A stretch of 64,000 nucleotides of DNA from Candidatus Poribacteria bacterium. GTDB lineage: Bacteria > Poribacteria > WGA-4E > PCPOR2b. Below the pieces are notes generated by a model. The model worked only from the letters and a program-made list of their open reading frames with translations, ran no database searches and was not told the DNA's origin. Position numbers and translations under genes: made by a program. Position 1 is the first letter of the stretch; every line of letters starts with the position of its first letter. The stretch spans positions 11,833 to 75,832 of the forward strand of contig JAJDUM010000046.1 in assembly GCA_022826645.1 (NCBI GenBank), in the 5' to 3' direction. Below, piece by piece: positions 40,483-49,530 of this stretch.

Positions 40483-41427
40483 TCAATACTTAATACCGAA
40501 GGCGGTGTACTCCCCGCTATGTGGACGCGCTTCGACTTTGAGATCTTCGACTCTGGAGGCGGGCGGTCCTTTCCAAAGTATTTTCACAAATTCGTCCAGT
40601 GTCGCTTTATCCCCCTCGGCAACTACCTCTACCTTTCCGTTGGGTAGGTTCTTCGCGTAGCCGTGTACGCCAAGTTTCGTAGCGTTTTGTTGGGTGAAAT
40701 AACGGAATCCGACCCCTTGGACTTTTCCGCTGATTAGGATATAGCGTTGCATCTTCTGACTTACCTCAATTGTGACTTTGACCGATGTGCCGAGTGGTGG
40801 GAGTGTCTCTGCGTTCTTCTTGTAGCGACTCTCTTCGGAGGGAATCGGACTTTGGAATAGCGCGCTGCCGTCGATATAGTTCAGGGCGATGATGTCGTTT
40901 CCGACAAAGGCTTGGGGGATCATAGCATCTTCGTCCTCGCTGTCCAGATCGGGGATCTTGCGAGACCCGGAAAAGACCCATTCGATATGCTGCATCGGTT
41001 TTTGGGTCTGTGTGTTGTAGAGGAGGTCTTCGCCACGGACCCTTTTGGTTTCGCCGTTCGTCGTCCATTCGACGAACACAAGGACACCGGTCCCTGTCGC
41101 GCCGATCATCTCATCTTTCTCTTCGTCGTACATCGGTGGGGAACCTCTTTTGACGCCGAGTTTGCGCATCGCATCGTAGACTTCTTCTGCAGAGCTATTG
41201 ACGACGATAATACTCTCGTATTCTTTTCCCCCGGGTCCGCAGAGCAGGTATTCCACCGCGCCCTTTAGATGCTCATCATAGGTGCCGAGAGCTTTGGAGA
41301 TTTCTCCGGTTAGCACGATTTTTTGCTCATCCTCCAAAATTTGGAGGGTTTCGGCTCCTGGACTAGTGGCAATCCAAACGAAACTTAGGGCGATGAGACA
41401 GGAAATGTTTAGGAGCTTGCGCGGCAT
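40483..41427 (-). CDS. Secreted protein with a C-terminal acylphosphatase domain
   Basis: Signal peptide MPRKLLNISCLIALSFVWIATSPGA. The last roughly 90 aa (ISGKVQGVGFRYFTQQNATKLGVHGYAKNLPNGKVEVVAEG) carry the acylphosphatase signatures. The preceding roughly 200 aa are unassigned. Confidence 0.6.
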   Translation of the reverse strand: MPRKLLNISCLIALSFVWIATSPGAETLQILEDEQKIVLTGEISKALGTYDEHLKGAVEYLLCGPGGKEYESIIVVNSSAEEVYDAMRKLGVKRGSPPMYDEEKDEMIGATGTGVLVFVEWTTNGETKRVRGEDLLYNTQTQKPMQHIEWVFSGSRKIPDLDSEDEDAMIPQAFVGNDIIALNYIDGSALFQSPIPSEESRYKKNAETLPPLGTSVKVTIEVSQKMQRYILISGKVQGVGFRYFTQQNATKLGVHGYAKNLPNGKVEVVAEGDKATLDEFVKILWKGPPASRVEDLKVEARPHSGEYTAFGIKY

Positions 41428-41716
41428 TCGGTTTCCTCCTTGTTGATATGTGGAAATTATAACACAGAAATATTATGTATAAGTTAAGATTCTGTGAAAT
41501 TTCAAGAAATGAATTAATTGAATTTTGGGGCATTTAACTCTCCTGTAGGCGGAGTTACGGCACACGGCGTGTGCCTACTACTTTTAATGTCCACTTATTT
41601 CTCTAATTCACCATAGTTGACCTTCTTTTATCGCAGTTTAGAGAAACCAAGTTTTGAAAAAAACTCGGTTTCTACTTACGCATCACCTTTCCCGTCTTCT
41701 CACTTTCTCTTCCCTC

Positions 41717-42247
41717 CTACTTGACGATTACCATACGACGGGTTTGGGTGTAGGTATCGGTGTTGAGGGTGTAGAAATAGATGCCGCTGCTGACAGACTC
41801 CCCACTTCCGTTCCGACCGTCCCAGTAGACCGCCCGCTCACGGGTGAGGTAGTATCCCATCAGTTTGTGTCCCACTTCGATTGTTCTTATCAAGCTGCCG
41901 CTCACATCGTAAATCTTTACCTTCACTGTAGATGCTTCCGATAGCTGATAGGGTATCCATGTCTCTGGATTGAAGGGGTTGGGGTAGTTGGGGAGGAGTT
42001 TGGTCTCTTTGACGTTTCGGTCCGCGAGTGACAGGTAGTGGCGGAGCAGTTCGATGGCGATTTGAACGCCGTGTGACTTGTTTGGGATTGCTTCCAGTTC
42101 GTTCAAGGCACGGTGTGCTGCGATGATTTCTTTGGCGGTGGACGGGGTAGATTTGATGAAGCGTAACTGAGCGGGTGCGGCGGCATTTTGGCTCAGAATA
42201 TCTTCCATTGAATTAGAAAAACCATCTATATGGAAACGATTCATCAT
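41717..42247 (-). CDS. Small protein that is essentially a T9SS-type C-terminal sorting domain with a short helical N-terminal region
   Basis: 176 aa; C-terminus LLPNYPNPFNPETWIPYQL...IYD...WDGRNGSGESVSSGIYFYTL...RRMVIVK. Its start overlaps the stop of the upstream low-GC gene by about 35 nt. Confidence 0.55.
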   Translation of the reverse strand: MMNRFHIDGFSNSMEDILSQNAAAPAQLRFIKSTPSTAKEIIAAHRALNELEAIPNKSHGVQIAIELLRHYLSLADRNVKETKLLPNYPNPFNPETWIPYQLSEASTVKVKIYDVSGSLIRTIEVGHKLMGYYLTRERAVYWDGRNGSGESVSSGIYFYTLNTDTYTQTRRMVIVK

Positions 42248-43100
42248 GTATCCATATAGATTCTATTCCTCCTCCAAAATCCGCTATTGAATAATCTTCC
42301 GTTTCAGAGCTTAACACACCTTTCGGAATTAACGCTTTCATAAAAGGCACCGATGGCAGAATCTTATGTGAAAATCGATAAATAGGCTTTGGATGCAAAA
42401 GCCCTACAATCGAAACTTCATGTTTTCTAATATAAAAGAGCAGTACTGCCGAAATCTGTTTTCTGCAAAACTCGATTCTGCCTCTTTCATTAAATTTCAG
42501 AAATAAGGAATATTCTAAATTTGTTGCATTCTCTGAGGTAAAGCTGATAGGAGTTTGCGTATCATCATCTCGTATTTTTTGATTATGTTCTATTGCTATT
42601 CCGGGTGGACTCGTCATAAACATTGACGCACCAAAGGGCGCCTTTTTGTTTTGGAGAATGTGTCCATATTGTAGATGCTCACTAGTAACTATCAATATTG
42701 CAGGACAATTATATCCAGACATTTGCTTTGCTTTGTCAAACGCTTCTTGTCGTATTTGACGGGCTGCTCCACGTGAACTTACAGTGAAAACTTTACTTGA
42801 TTTAAATTTTGTCGGCACACCAGACTTTTTAGTAAAAGTGTTTTGAGAAACAGAGGTAACTTCAACCACAAACTCACTGTCTGCCGTTCGCACCCGAAAG
42901 TCAACCCCGCCTTTGTTCTTCGATGTTTCTTCCACCCGAATATTATACCCATTCTGATTAAAGAATGAGAATACAACCGCTTCAGCTTTGGCGGCTTCAG
43001 GATGATCATTATATCTTTGATTGAAAGCGTTAAAATGTTTAGAATGGTTATCATTCAAAAAATGTCTAAACTCGTCAACTAGGTTATTCACCGTTTTCAT
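42213..43100 (-). CDS. Hypothetical protein (295 aa), first gene of the low-GC islet; possible nuclease-like core
   Basis: Markedly AT-rich coding sequence. GGVDFRV...SEFVVEVTS could be a degenerate PD-(D/E)xK-like strand pair. No confident family. Confidence 0.45.
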   Translation of the reverse strand: MKTVNNLVDEFRHFLNDNHSKHFNAFNQRYNDHPEAAKAEAVVFSFFNQNGYNIRVEETSKNKGGVDFRVRTADSEFVVEVTSVSQNTFTKKSGVPTKFKSSKVFTVSSRGAARQIRQEAFDKAKQMSGYNCPAILIVTSEHLQYGHILQNKKAPFGASMFMTSPPGIAIEHNQKIRDDDTQTPISFTSENATNLEYSLFLKFNERGRIEFCRKQISAVLLFYIRKHEVSIVGLLHPKPIYRFSHKILPSVPFMKALIPKGVLSSETEDYSIADFGGGIESIWIHDESFPYRWFF

Positions 43101-43341
43101 TTAATCCCTTTCAAATTATGTGAAGTGTTGGGAACGATTTTCGTAAACCCCATCATTAATGAAAACAGGAGATCTACCATGCTCCACAATATTTTTTTAC
43201 TTGCTGGCAGATACTTCTTTGGCACGGTGAATAGTCCGGCGGCCAAACGTAGTCAACTCGACTACAATAGCATTATCTACCATATTGCAATGCACGTGAT
43301 CTGTGTTGATCATGACATCGTTTTCTGTAAGACCCACATCT

Positions 43342-43602
43342 TTAATCCTCCTTGTACTTGGTTAGAATAGATTTAATTGAAAGATTTAGCCTACCATTTG
43401 TGAAGGCACTGATAACCCATCTTAGCAGGAAGAATCCGACAACTACCACGATACAGCCGACGATAAAGGCAAACCAGCCATCTCCTCCTCCACGATAAGC
43501 ACTTCTTGTTTGCTCCTCAATGTAAATTGCTATGACTGGGACAAAAATGATTCCAAAGGCTATCCATGCTCTAAGTATTCCTATGGCTACATTCTTTTTC
43601 AT
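43342..43602 (-). CDS. Small two-TM membrane protein (86 aa)
   Basis: Hydrophobic segments AIGILRAWIAFGIIFVPVIAI and FAFIVGCIVVVVGFFLL; low-GC islet; co-oriented with neighbours. Confidence 0.4.
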   Translation of the reverse strand: MKKNVAIGILRAWIAFGIIFVPVIAIYIEEQTRSAYRGGGDGWFAFIVGCIVVVVGFFLLRWVISAFTNGRLNLSIKSILTKYKED

Positions 43603-43615
43603 GCTTGTATCTGTT

Positions 43616-43792
43616 TCACTTCTTGTCGAGTTGAGTAATCACGCCTCGGTCGAATTGGACTTTGTAGTTGTTGGTTTCGACGTGGATAGTGTCTCCGTTG
43701 ATGGTGATCTCAGCGGACACTGGCTCTAAATGCAAGACACCGAGAGCCACAATCAACGTTACTACGGTTAAAATATGGATTGGAGTTATCAT
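43616..43792 (-). CDS. Small secreted peptide (58 aa) with a signal sequence
   Basis: Not in the ORF track (<60 aa). Translation MITPIHILTVVTLIVALGVLHLEPVSA|EITINGDTIHVETNNYKVQFDRGVITQLDKK. A strong AGAGGAGAAGAT RBS precedes the ATG. Its stop lies 13 nt before the next gene start. Confidence 0.35.
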   Translation of the reverse strand: MITPIHILTVVTLIVALGVLHLEPVSAEITINGDTIHVETNNYKVQFDRGVITQLDKK

Positions 43793-43847
43793 ATCTTCTC
43801 CTCTTTCTTTTTTCGCAGAAACATGATTTGCGAAATGTCCGACAACT

Positions 43848-44033
43848 TTACCGCCCCATCACTGCAATTGTACCTTCTAAATTGTCAATGTGGTCTCTAA
43901 TTTCTTGCAGTATGTCTTCGACTTTCTTTCGGTCAGACATTTCTATTGCTTCCAAAAGTTCATCAAGTTCATTGAGTTTTGCTTTAATTATAGAGAAAGA
44001 ATCTGTGCGACCATCATTATACATTACGCTCAC
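43848..44033 (-). CDS. Small hypothetical protein (61 aa), likely helical
   Basis: A strong AAGGAGGTGA RBS lies upstream of the ATG; sequence MSVMYNDGRTDSFSIIKAKLNELDELLEAIEMSDRKKVEDILQEIRDHIDNLEG. Confidence 0.4.
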   Translation of the reverse strand: MSVMYNDGRTDSFSIIKAKLNELDELLEAIEMSDRKKVEDILQEIRDHIDNLEGTIAVMGR

Positions 44034-44192
44034 CTCCTTTCAGTTTATCGATTCAACCTCGCTCACAACTCCGCTATAGTTATGAGACATATTTTTTAGG
44101 TTGCTGAATCCAACCCTCGCATGAACACTGATCTCTATTTTCGCATGTGCCCTAAAAAAGAGCAGAAATGTCCGATAAGTTTTCTTTTTCAA

Positions 44193-44525
44193 TCAGGACA
44201 TCCAAAAATCCGGCTCCCAAAAGTCATAATTACTACACCAGCTAGGTACATACTCCTGAAGCTGAATATCCTCAATTCTTCTTATATACTCAAAAAGGTC
44301 ACGGTTCCATTCATACCATTCGCCTCGGACCTGAAAACAGAAAAGTTCTTTCTTTATCTGTTTCTCTAAAGCTGTACTATGGGGTTTATCGACCGGGATA
44401 GTTGCAATTACACAAAGCTTGCGCGGGTTCCCCTCTTGAAGCTTTCCAAGCCGTCCGTATAGGTTGTCTGAATTTCCTACCTTGACGAATCCATATGCTA
44501 TATCTTCGATGAGAAAATAGACCAT
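44193..44525 (-). CDS. T5orf172 / GIY-YIG-like domain protein
   Basis: MVYFLIEDIAYGFVKVGNSDNLYGRLGKLQEGNP...FQVRGEWYEW fits the T5orf172 (MUG113-like, GIY-YIG superfamily) pattern; low-GC islet. Confidence 0.5.
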   Translation of the reverse strand: MVYFLIEDIAYGFVKVGNSDNLYGRLGKLQEGNPRKLCVIATIPVDKPHSTALEKQIKKELFCFQVRGEWYEWNRDLFEYIRRIEDIQLQEYVPSWCSNYDFWEPDFWMS

Positions 44526-44725
44526 TTTAGCCTTCCTTTCATAACGTGAGTAGACTGAGCTTTATGTCGCAAATTTAGTAGGGCGATTTTCCGAAAATCG
44601 CTCCCGATAAGATCGAGATTCATAAGGTGTCGAGATGTGAATCTCGACCTATAGGAGCGCGGGAGACGGATGCCTTACCCCGGTGGTTTAGAATAGACGG
44701 AATGGAGATCTCCGTTCCCTACGAA

Positions 44726-45955
44726 TTATGCGGATTGCGTGAGTCCACGTGCGACTTTATTGATTGCTGCAGCGATGTCGTGGATATCGTTCTCGCTCAT
44801 GTGTTCGTGGATGCCACGGACGACGACTGATTCCAAGCCTTGGACCGCACCGGGCACCAGTTCGGGACCGTAATGGTACTCACGGCTGACATAGGGGCTG
44901 TTGAACGGGAACTGGCTATCGCCGTAGGTGCGTCCTTTCGTCAGGAAATCGCCACGCATATAGATTGGATCTTGGATGTAGTGGGCGGCCATTGATACAC
45001 CTTCAGCGGAGACAGCTTTACAAAACTCGTCGGGGTCGTGTCCGGTGACGTGGAAGATATAGTTCCACCAAGAGACCTCGCGGTCGTCTGGCAGGGGGAC
45101 AGCCTCAACACCGGGGGCATCGGCAATCAGTTCGGAGAGTAGTCGACCGAGTGCGATTCGTTGCTCGACGACATCCCGAAGTTTTTCGAGTTGTGACAAA
45201 CCGACAGCGCCCTGCATCTCGGTCATGCGGTAGTTGGGAGCAAGGAAGGCGTGGTCACGTTCTCCCATATATTGGTAGTCCCACCCCTTATCGGAAAAGA
45301 GTTTTAGACGGATATAAGTTTCCTCATCGTTGGTGAGAATCATCCCGCCGTCCCCCGTGGTCATATGCTTCGATTGCTGGAAACTGAAGCAGCCCATGTG
45401 CCCAAATGTTCCGGCGTAGCGACCTTTGTACTTCGTTGCGTGGGTCTGGCAGCAGTCTTCGATCAGGATAACGTTATGTTTTTCGGCGATTTCCAAGACC
45501 TCGTCGATGTCGCACGGGTGACCGAAGATATGCACGAGAATGATGGCGCGGGTGCGGTCAGTGATGTTTGCCTCGATGGATTCGGGGGTCATGTTCAGGG
45601 TCTTGGGATCCACGTCGGCAAAGACGGGCACGGCGTTTTGCATGAGAATTGGCATGACGCTGCCGGGGTCAGTGATTGGCGCGGTAATGATTTCATCGCC
45701 GGGGTTGGGATTGACGACACCGACCGCTGTGTGGATGGCAGCGGTTCCGCTTGTTGACGACTGCGCGTGTTGTGTGCCGTAGAATGCGGCGAATTCCTTT
45801 TCCAATTCTTTGACGAACCTCCCGCTTTTGACGAAAAGGCTCTGGCTACGCACTGCTTGAAGTAGGAGTTCTTCTTCACGTTCTCCGAACGGAGCGCGTT
45901 CCGGGAAGGGTTCAGTTCTTACCTTGGGTCCACCGTGGATGGCAAGCTTTTCCAT
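44726..45955 (-). CDS. DegT/DnrJ/EryC1/StrS family PLP-dependent aminotransferase (sugar aminotransferase)
   Basis: Start MEKLAIHGGPKV with an AAGGAG RBS (the track ORF starts at 46000); ...GTAAIHTAVGVV...GDEIITAPITDPGSV... is the family pattern. Confidence 0.85.
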   Translation of the reverse strand: MEKLAIHGGPKVRTEPFPERAPFGEREEELLLQAVRSQSLFVKSGRFVKELEKEFAAFYGTQHAQSSTSGTAAIHTAVGVVNPNPGDEIITAPITDPGSVMPILMQNAVPVFADVDPKTLNMTPESIEANITDRTRAIILVHIFGHPCDIDEVLEIAEKHNVILIEDCCQTHATKYKGRYAGTFGHMGCFSFQQSKHMTTGDGGMILTNDEETYIRLKLFSDKGWDYQYMGERDHAFLAPNYRMTEMQGAVGLSQLEKLRDVVEQRIALGRLLSELIADAPGVEAVPLPDDREVSWWNYIFHVTGHDPDEFCKAVSAEGVSMAAHYIQDPIYMRGDFLTKGRTYGDSQFPFNSPYVSREYHYGPELVPGAVQGLESVVVRGIHEHMSENDIHDIAAAINKVARGLTQSA

Positions 45956-46337
45956 TTGTATCTCCTTATTTGTATCGGGGTGTGATGTGTCTTTACACAA
46001 GTTACCGGCGAGTGTTAATATTCTGTGTTGTTATGGTAGTACACTTAGACATTCCCAATGCACGACCAACCCCCTAAATCCCCTAGCCCCCCTTTGTCAG
46101 GGGAGAAATTGGTCAGGGAGACTTGCCAAATTTTGTGAAGGTCGGAGTTATGAGTGAATGTCTACCTGTTTCTCTAATCCACTATAATTTAGCAAGACAA
46201 TAGGGCAACCACAAGGGTTGCCCTTACAGAAATGGAGGGGTTGCGGTTCCCGACCCGTTGGGCGAGGAAACCTCGCCCCTACAATAGGGGATTTACCAGC
46301 GAATTACGGACACGTCTCACATAAATGGCAACAGGAC

Positions 46338-48086
46338 CTACCGATTTATTTCTCGCTCATGGTTCTCGAAGTGCTTTAGGATTTCCATCGCCTCATGTGC
46401 TTGTTCCGAGTTGGGATGTTGCTCTGCGATCTCCTTCAAGAGTTTCAATGCGCTGTTCGAATTGCGATCATACTCCAACTGATGGCCCGCGAGATGCAGC
46501 TTCGTCCATAGGGCTTTCTGACCACCGGGGGCGATAGCGTCAATCTGGTTCACCTGATCGAGTGCTTTGTCAAACTCTCCTTTGGCGCTGTAGCATTCTG
46601 CGAGGCGTTCACGGGCCTGGAGTGTGATTAGCAGATCGTCATAGTCTTCGATGAGACGTGTATTGACCTTGATTGCTTCATCCCAATTATCCTGCCATTC
46701 GGCGATGACAGCCAAACCGCGCAACGGTTCCAATGCGGCGGCAGGGCTGGTCGCTCTGGCCGCAAGTCGATGCAACGCTTTTGCAAGATTAGGGAGTTTC
46801 CCACTCGCCTCCAATTCGTGGAGGATCTCTTCATTATGCGATTCTTCGATGAAACGGTGGATGACTTGCAGGCGCAGATGTGAATTTGGATGAGCGAGGA
46901 GCGATCCCAATAAACTGATCGCTTTTTCGGGTTGATTGGTGGTCCAATACATTTCGAGGAGTCGCAGCATTGCCTCTTGGGCGTGCTGGGTTTGGGGATA
47001 AGATTCTATCAGTTCTTTAAGTGTTGATTTCGCGCGCTTGTAGTCGGAACTGTCACGATAGATTTCAGCAAGATTGATTAATACCTCTGCATCGAATCTA
47101 TCCGGCAATCCCTCGGCGGAGAGTTGAGTCAGCAGCGCCACCGCTTGCTCCGATTCGCCTAGCTGCTGATGTAGTTTCGCTACGCGCCGGAGTGACCACC
47201 GCGCTTGATCTGTTCCGCGAAACTCGCTGGCGGTGAGAAACGCTTTGAAGGCGGCCTGGGATTCGCCTTTCTCTTGGTGCATATCGCCTAGCATTAACCA
47301 GAGATGGACGACCGTCCAATGTGTGGGATTGGCCTCAATCGCTGCATTGCACACCTCGATCGCACGCTCGAACTCCCCTATGTCTCGATACGTGTTGGCG
47401 AGTTGGACGACGGCTTCAATATGGTATGGATGGTTTTTCTGTATTCTCTCAAACAGTTCAATCGCCTGTCCATGTTCCCCACGGTCACGGTAGTGCTCAC
47501 CTAAGCGGAATGACAGCCAGAATGTCTGCTCTTGAAAGGGGTACAGCTGGAGCATCCGATCAATTCGTCGGCGGGCATCTTCAAGCCGCCCTCGCTCTCG
47601 GTAAGCGTCGACGATTTGCTCTATCGCCTCAAGAACAAAATGCTCCCCGATGAATTCTGTTTCAATCTTATTTAGTAGTTTGTCAGCGTTATCGAGATTC
47701 CCTTTCTCAATCGCATAGTGGAGCTGCCACCCTAGGACCTCTCTCTGTCCTTCGGGATCGGGCATCTCGGCTTCAGCCAAAACGGCTTGTGCTTTCTCAG
47801 GCTGTCCGAGCGCGGTATAGCATTCGCTTAACTTTAGGCGCGCCCAGTGTGATTCCCAACGCCACGGATCGTAGGCAATCAGGCGTTCACATTCTCTGAT
47901 GACGACCTGGTACTGTTTTTGGTGGAATAGTGCTTCTATCTCTTCGATGGGTTTGGCAATGAAGTTTTCAGTTGTTTCAGTGGATGCGGGACTATTTTCT
48001 GGGCAGGAGGTTGGGGGAATCGGTTCAGCGTACCCCCATCGACACATTACCAGCACAATTAGGAGGAACCTGGCGAGGCGCTGCAT
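46338..48086 (-). CDS. Secreted tetratricopeptide (TPR) repeat protein
   Basis: Signal peptide MQRLARFLLIVLVMCRWGYAEP; multiple TPR-like A/Y/W-rich helical repeats throughout. Start refined from 48131 to the ATG at 48086 (GAGGGTG upstream). Confidence 0.7.
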   Translation of the reverse strand: MQRLARFLLIVLVMCRWGYAEPIPPTSCPENSPASTETTENFIAKPIEEIEALFHQKQYQVVIRECERLIAYDPWRWESHWARLKLSECYTALGQPEKAQAVLAEAEMPDPEGQREVLGWQLHYAIEKGNLDNADKLLNKIETEFIGEHFVLEAIEQIVDAYRERGRLEDARRRIDRMLQLYPFQEQTFWLSFRLGEHYRDRGEHGQAIELFERIQKNHPYHIEAVVQLANTYRDIGEFERAIEVCNAAIEANPTHWTVVHLWLMLGDMHQEKGESQAAFKAFLTASEFRGTDQARWSLRRVAKLHQQLGESEQAVALLTQLSAEGLPDRFDAEVLINLAEIYRDSSDYKRAKSTLKELIESYPQTQHAQEAMLRLLEMYWTTNQPEKAISLLGSLLAHPNSHLRLQVIHRFIEESHNEEILHELEASGKLPNLAKALHRLAARATSPAAALEPLRGLAVIAEWQDNWDEAIKVNTRLIEDYDDLLITLQARERLAECYSAKGEFDKALDQVNQIDAIAPGGQKALWTKLHLAGHQLEYDRNSNSALKLLKEIAEQHPNSEQAHEAMEILKHFENHEREINR

Positions 48087-48099
48087 AATATAGGCACCC

Positions 48100-49530
48100 T
48101 CACAATGTGTGGGCGGATAACCCACCTGCAACGGTCAATCGCTGCTGGCGGGTGAAAGTGCGTGGACGCGTGAACCCTTCGCCGGTGGGACCTGCAATGG
48201 TCATCGCGAGGAATCCTTCACCGTCAATTCCGGCGCATGCGTAGGAGGGTGCATTCACAACGGTGACGTTGCAGTTCATCGCCTGTGTAAATTCCGTGAT
48301 CCGTGCACTATTGTTAGTGTGGAGCATTGCGGTGTGCCCACGTCCCCCATCTGCGGTCAGCGCACCTTTCAGTGCCTCATCAAAATCGCGCACCCGGACC
48401 ACCGGAAGCACTGGCATCAGGTATTCGTCTATTACAAAGGTGTGATCACTTGGGACTTCAACGACGACGGAAACCGCGTCTGTGTTCCCTCGTATTCCCG
48501 CCGCATCAAGGATAACGGTTGCATCTTTGCCGATGTAGTCGAGGTTGGGGTCGCCATTTTGGATGACAACATTTTCGACGGCTTGTCGCTCGCGTGGATT
48601 GGTCAGGTAACCACCGCTGTTTTGTAGCTCACGGACAACCTCATCAGCGACAGATTCAACGACAAAGAGGGCTTTTTCACCGATACAAAGTAGGTTGTTA
48701 TCGAAGCTATTGCCGAGTATGACATTTTTTGCGGCTTCCCTCAGATCTGCAGTTTCATCGATGATAGCCGGTGGGTTGCCGGGACCTGCAGCGATGGCTT
48801 TTTTTCCGCTGGTAAGCGCGGCCCTCACGACGCTGCCGCCGCCGGTGGCAACGACCATTGCGATGTCCGGGTGATCCATAATCTCCTTCGCCCGTCGCAG
48901 TGTCGGTTCTGAGACGGAGGCGAGCATATTGGGCGGTCCCCCCGCTTCGACAACTGCGGCGTTGAGGATCTTCATTGTTTCCTGCGTACACACCTGTGCG
49001 TTCGGATGCGGACTGAATACTATTGAATTTCCGGCTGAGAGCATGATGACTGCGTGATTGATGACGGTCGAGGTCGGATTTGTGGTCGGTGTAATTGAGT
49101 TAATTACACCAAAGGGGAGGTATTCCACAAGCAGCAGCCCTGTATCTCCGGTTGTCGCCTCCGAGTTCAAATCTTCCACACCGGGAGAGAGGTTTGCGCC
49201 GCCCTCATTCTTCATCACTTTATGCTCGACAACTCCCATTTTTGTGTCTTCGACAGCGAGTTGTGCGAGGGACCTTGAATGCTCAAGCGCGGCTCCCCTG
49301 ATAGCCTCGATAATTTCCCGACGTTTGGCAAAACCGAGTTTTACAAAGTCAGTCTGTGCGGCTTTGGCGGCAGCGATCGCTTGATCCACGGTGGGAAAGA
49401 TCCCTGAATCGGACGCACTGGCAACTGTGGGTTGAGGGGTTGTTGTCGGCAGAGGTTGTCCATCATTTTGGAGGTTCCGGATAACTTGCGCAACAATCTC
49501 CTCAATCTGCGATTCGTTGATTTCTGCCAT
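48100..49530 (-). CDS. Acylating (CoA-dependent) aldehyde dehydrogenase, PduP/EutE family, with an N-terminal encapsulation-peptide-like helix and a Pro/Thr linker
   Basis: Catalytic motif SFDNNLLCIGEKA matches PduP/EutE. N-terminus MAEINESQIEEIVAQVIRNLQ (amphipathic helix), then PLPTTTPQPTVASAS linker. AAGGAG RBS. Confidence 0.8.
   Translation of the reverse strand: MAEINESQIEEIVAQVIRNLQNDGQPLPTTTPQPTVASASDSGIFPTVDQAIAAAKAAQTDFVKLGFAKRREIIEAIRGAALEHSRSLAQLAVEDTKMGVVEHKVMKNEGGANLSPGVEDLNSEATTGDTGLLLVEYLPFGVINSITPTTNPTSTVINHAVIMLSAGNSIVFSPHPNAQVCTQETMKILNAAVVEAGGPPNMLASVSEPTLRRAKEIMDHPDIAMVVATGGGSVVRAALTSGKKAIAAGPGNPPAIIDETADLREAAKNVILGNSFDNNLLCIGEKALFVVESVADEVVRELQNSGGYLTNPRERQAVENVVIQNGDPNLDYIGKDATVILDAAGIRGNTDAVSVVVEVPSDHTFVIDEYLMPVLPVVRVRDFDEALKGALTADGGRGHTAMLHTNNSARITEFTQAMNCNVTVVNAPSYACAGIDGEGFLAMTIAGPTGEGFTRPRTFTRQQRLTVAGGLSAHTL

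Noticed and set aside
41717-44530. The low-GC islet as an integrated prophage or integrative element
   Set aside because: No integrase, no tRNA or obvious att direct repeats at the GC transition points, and only 2.3 kb. It is kept as a small acquired module rather than called a prophage or integrative element.
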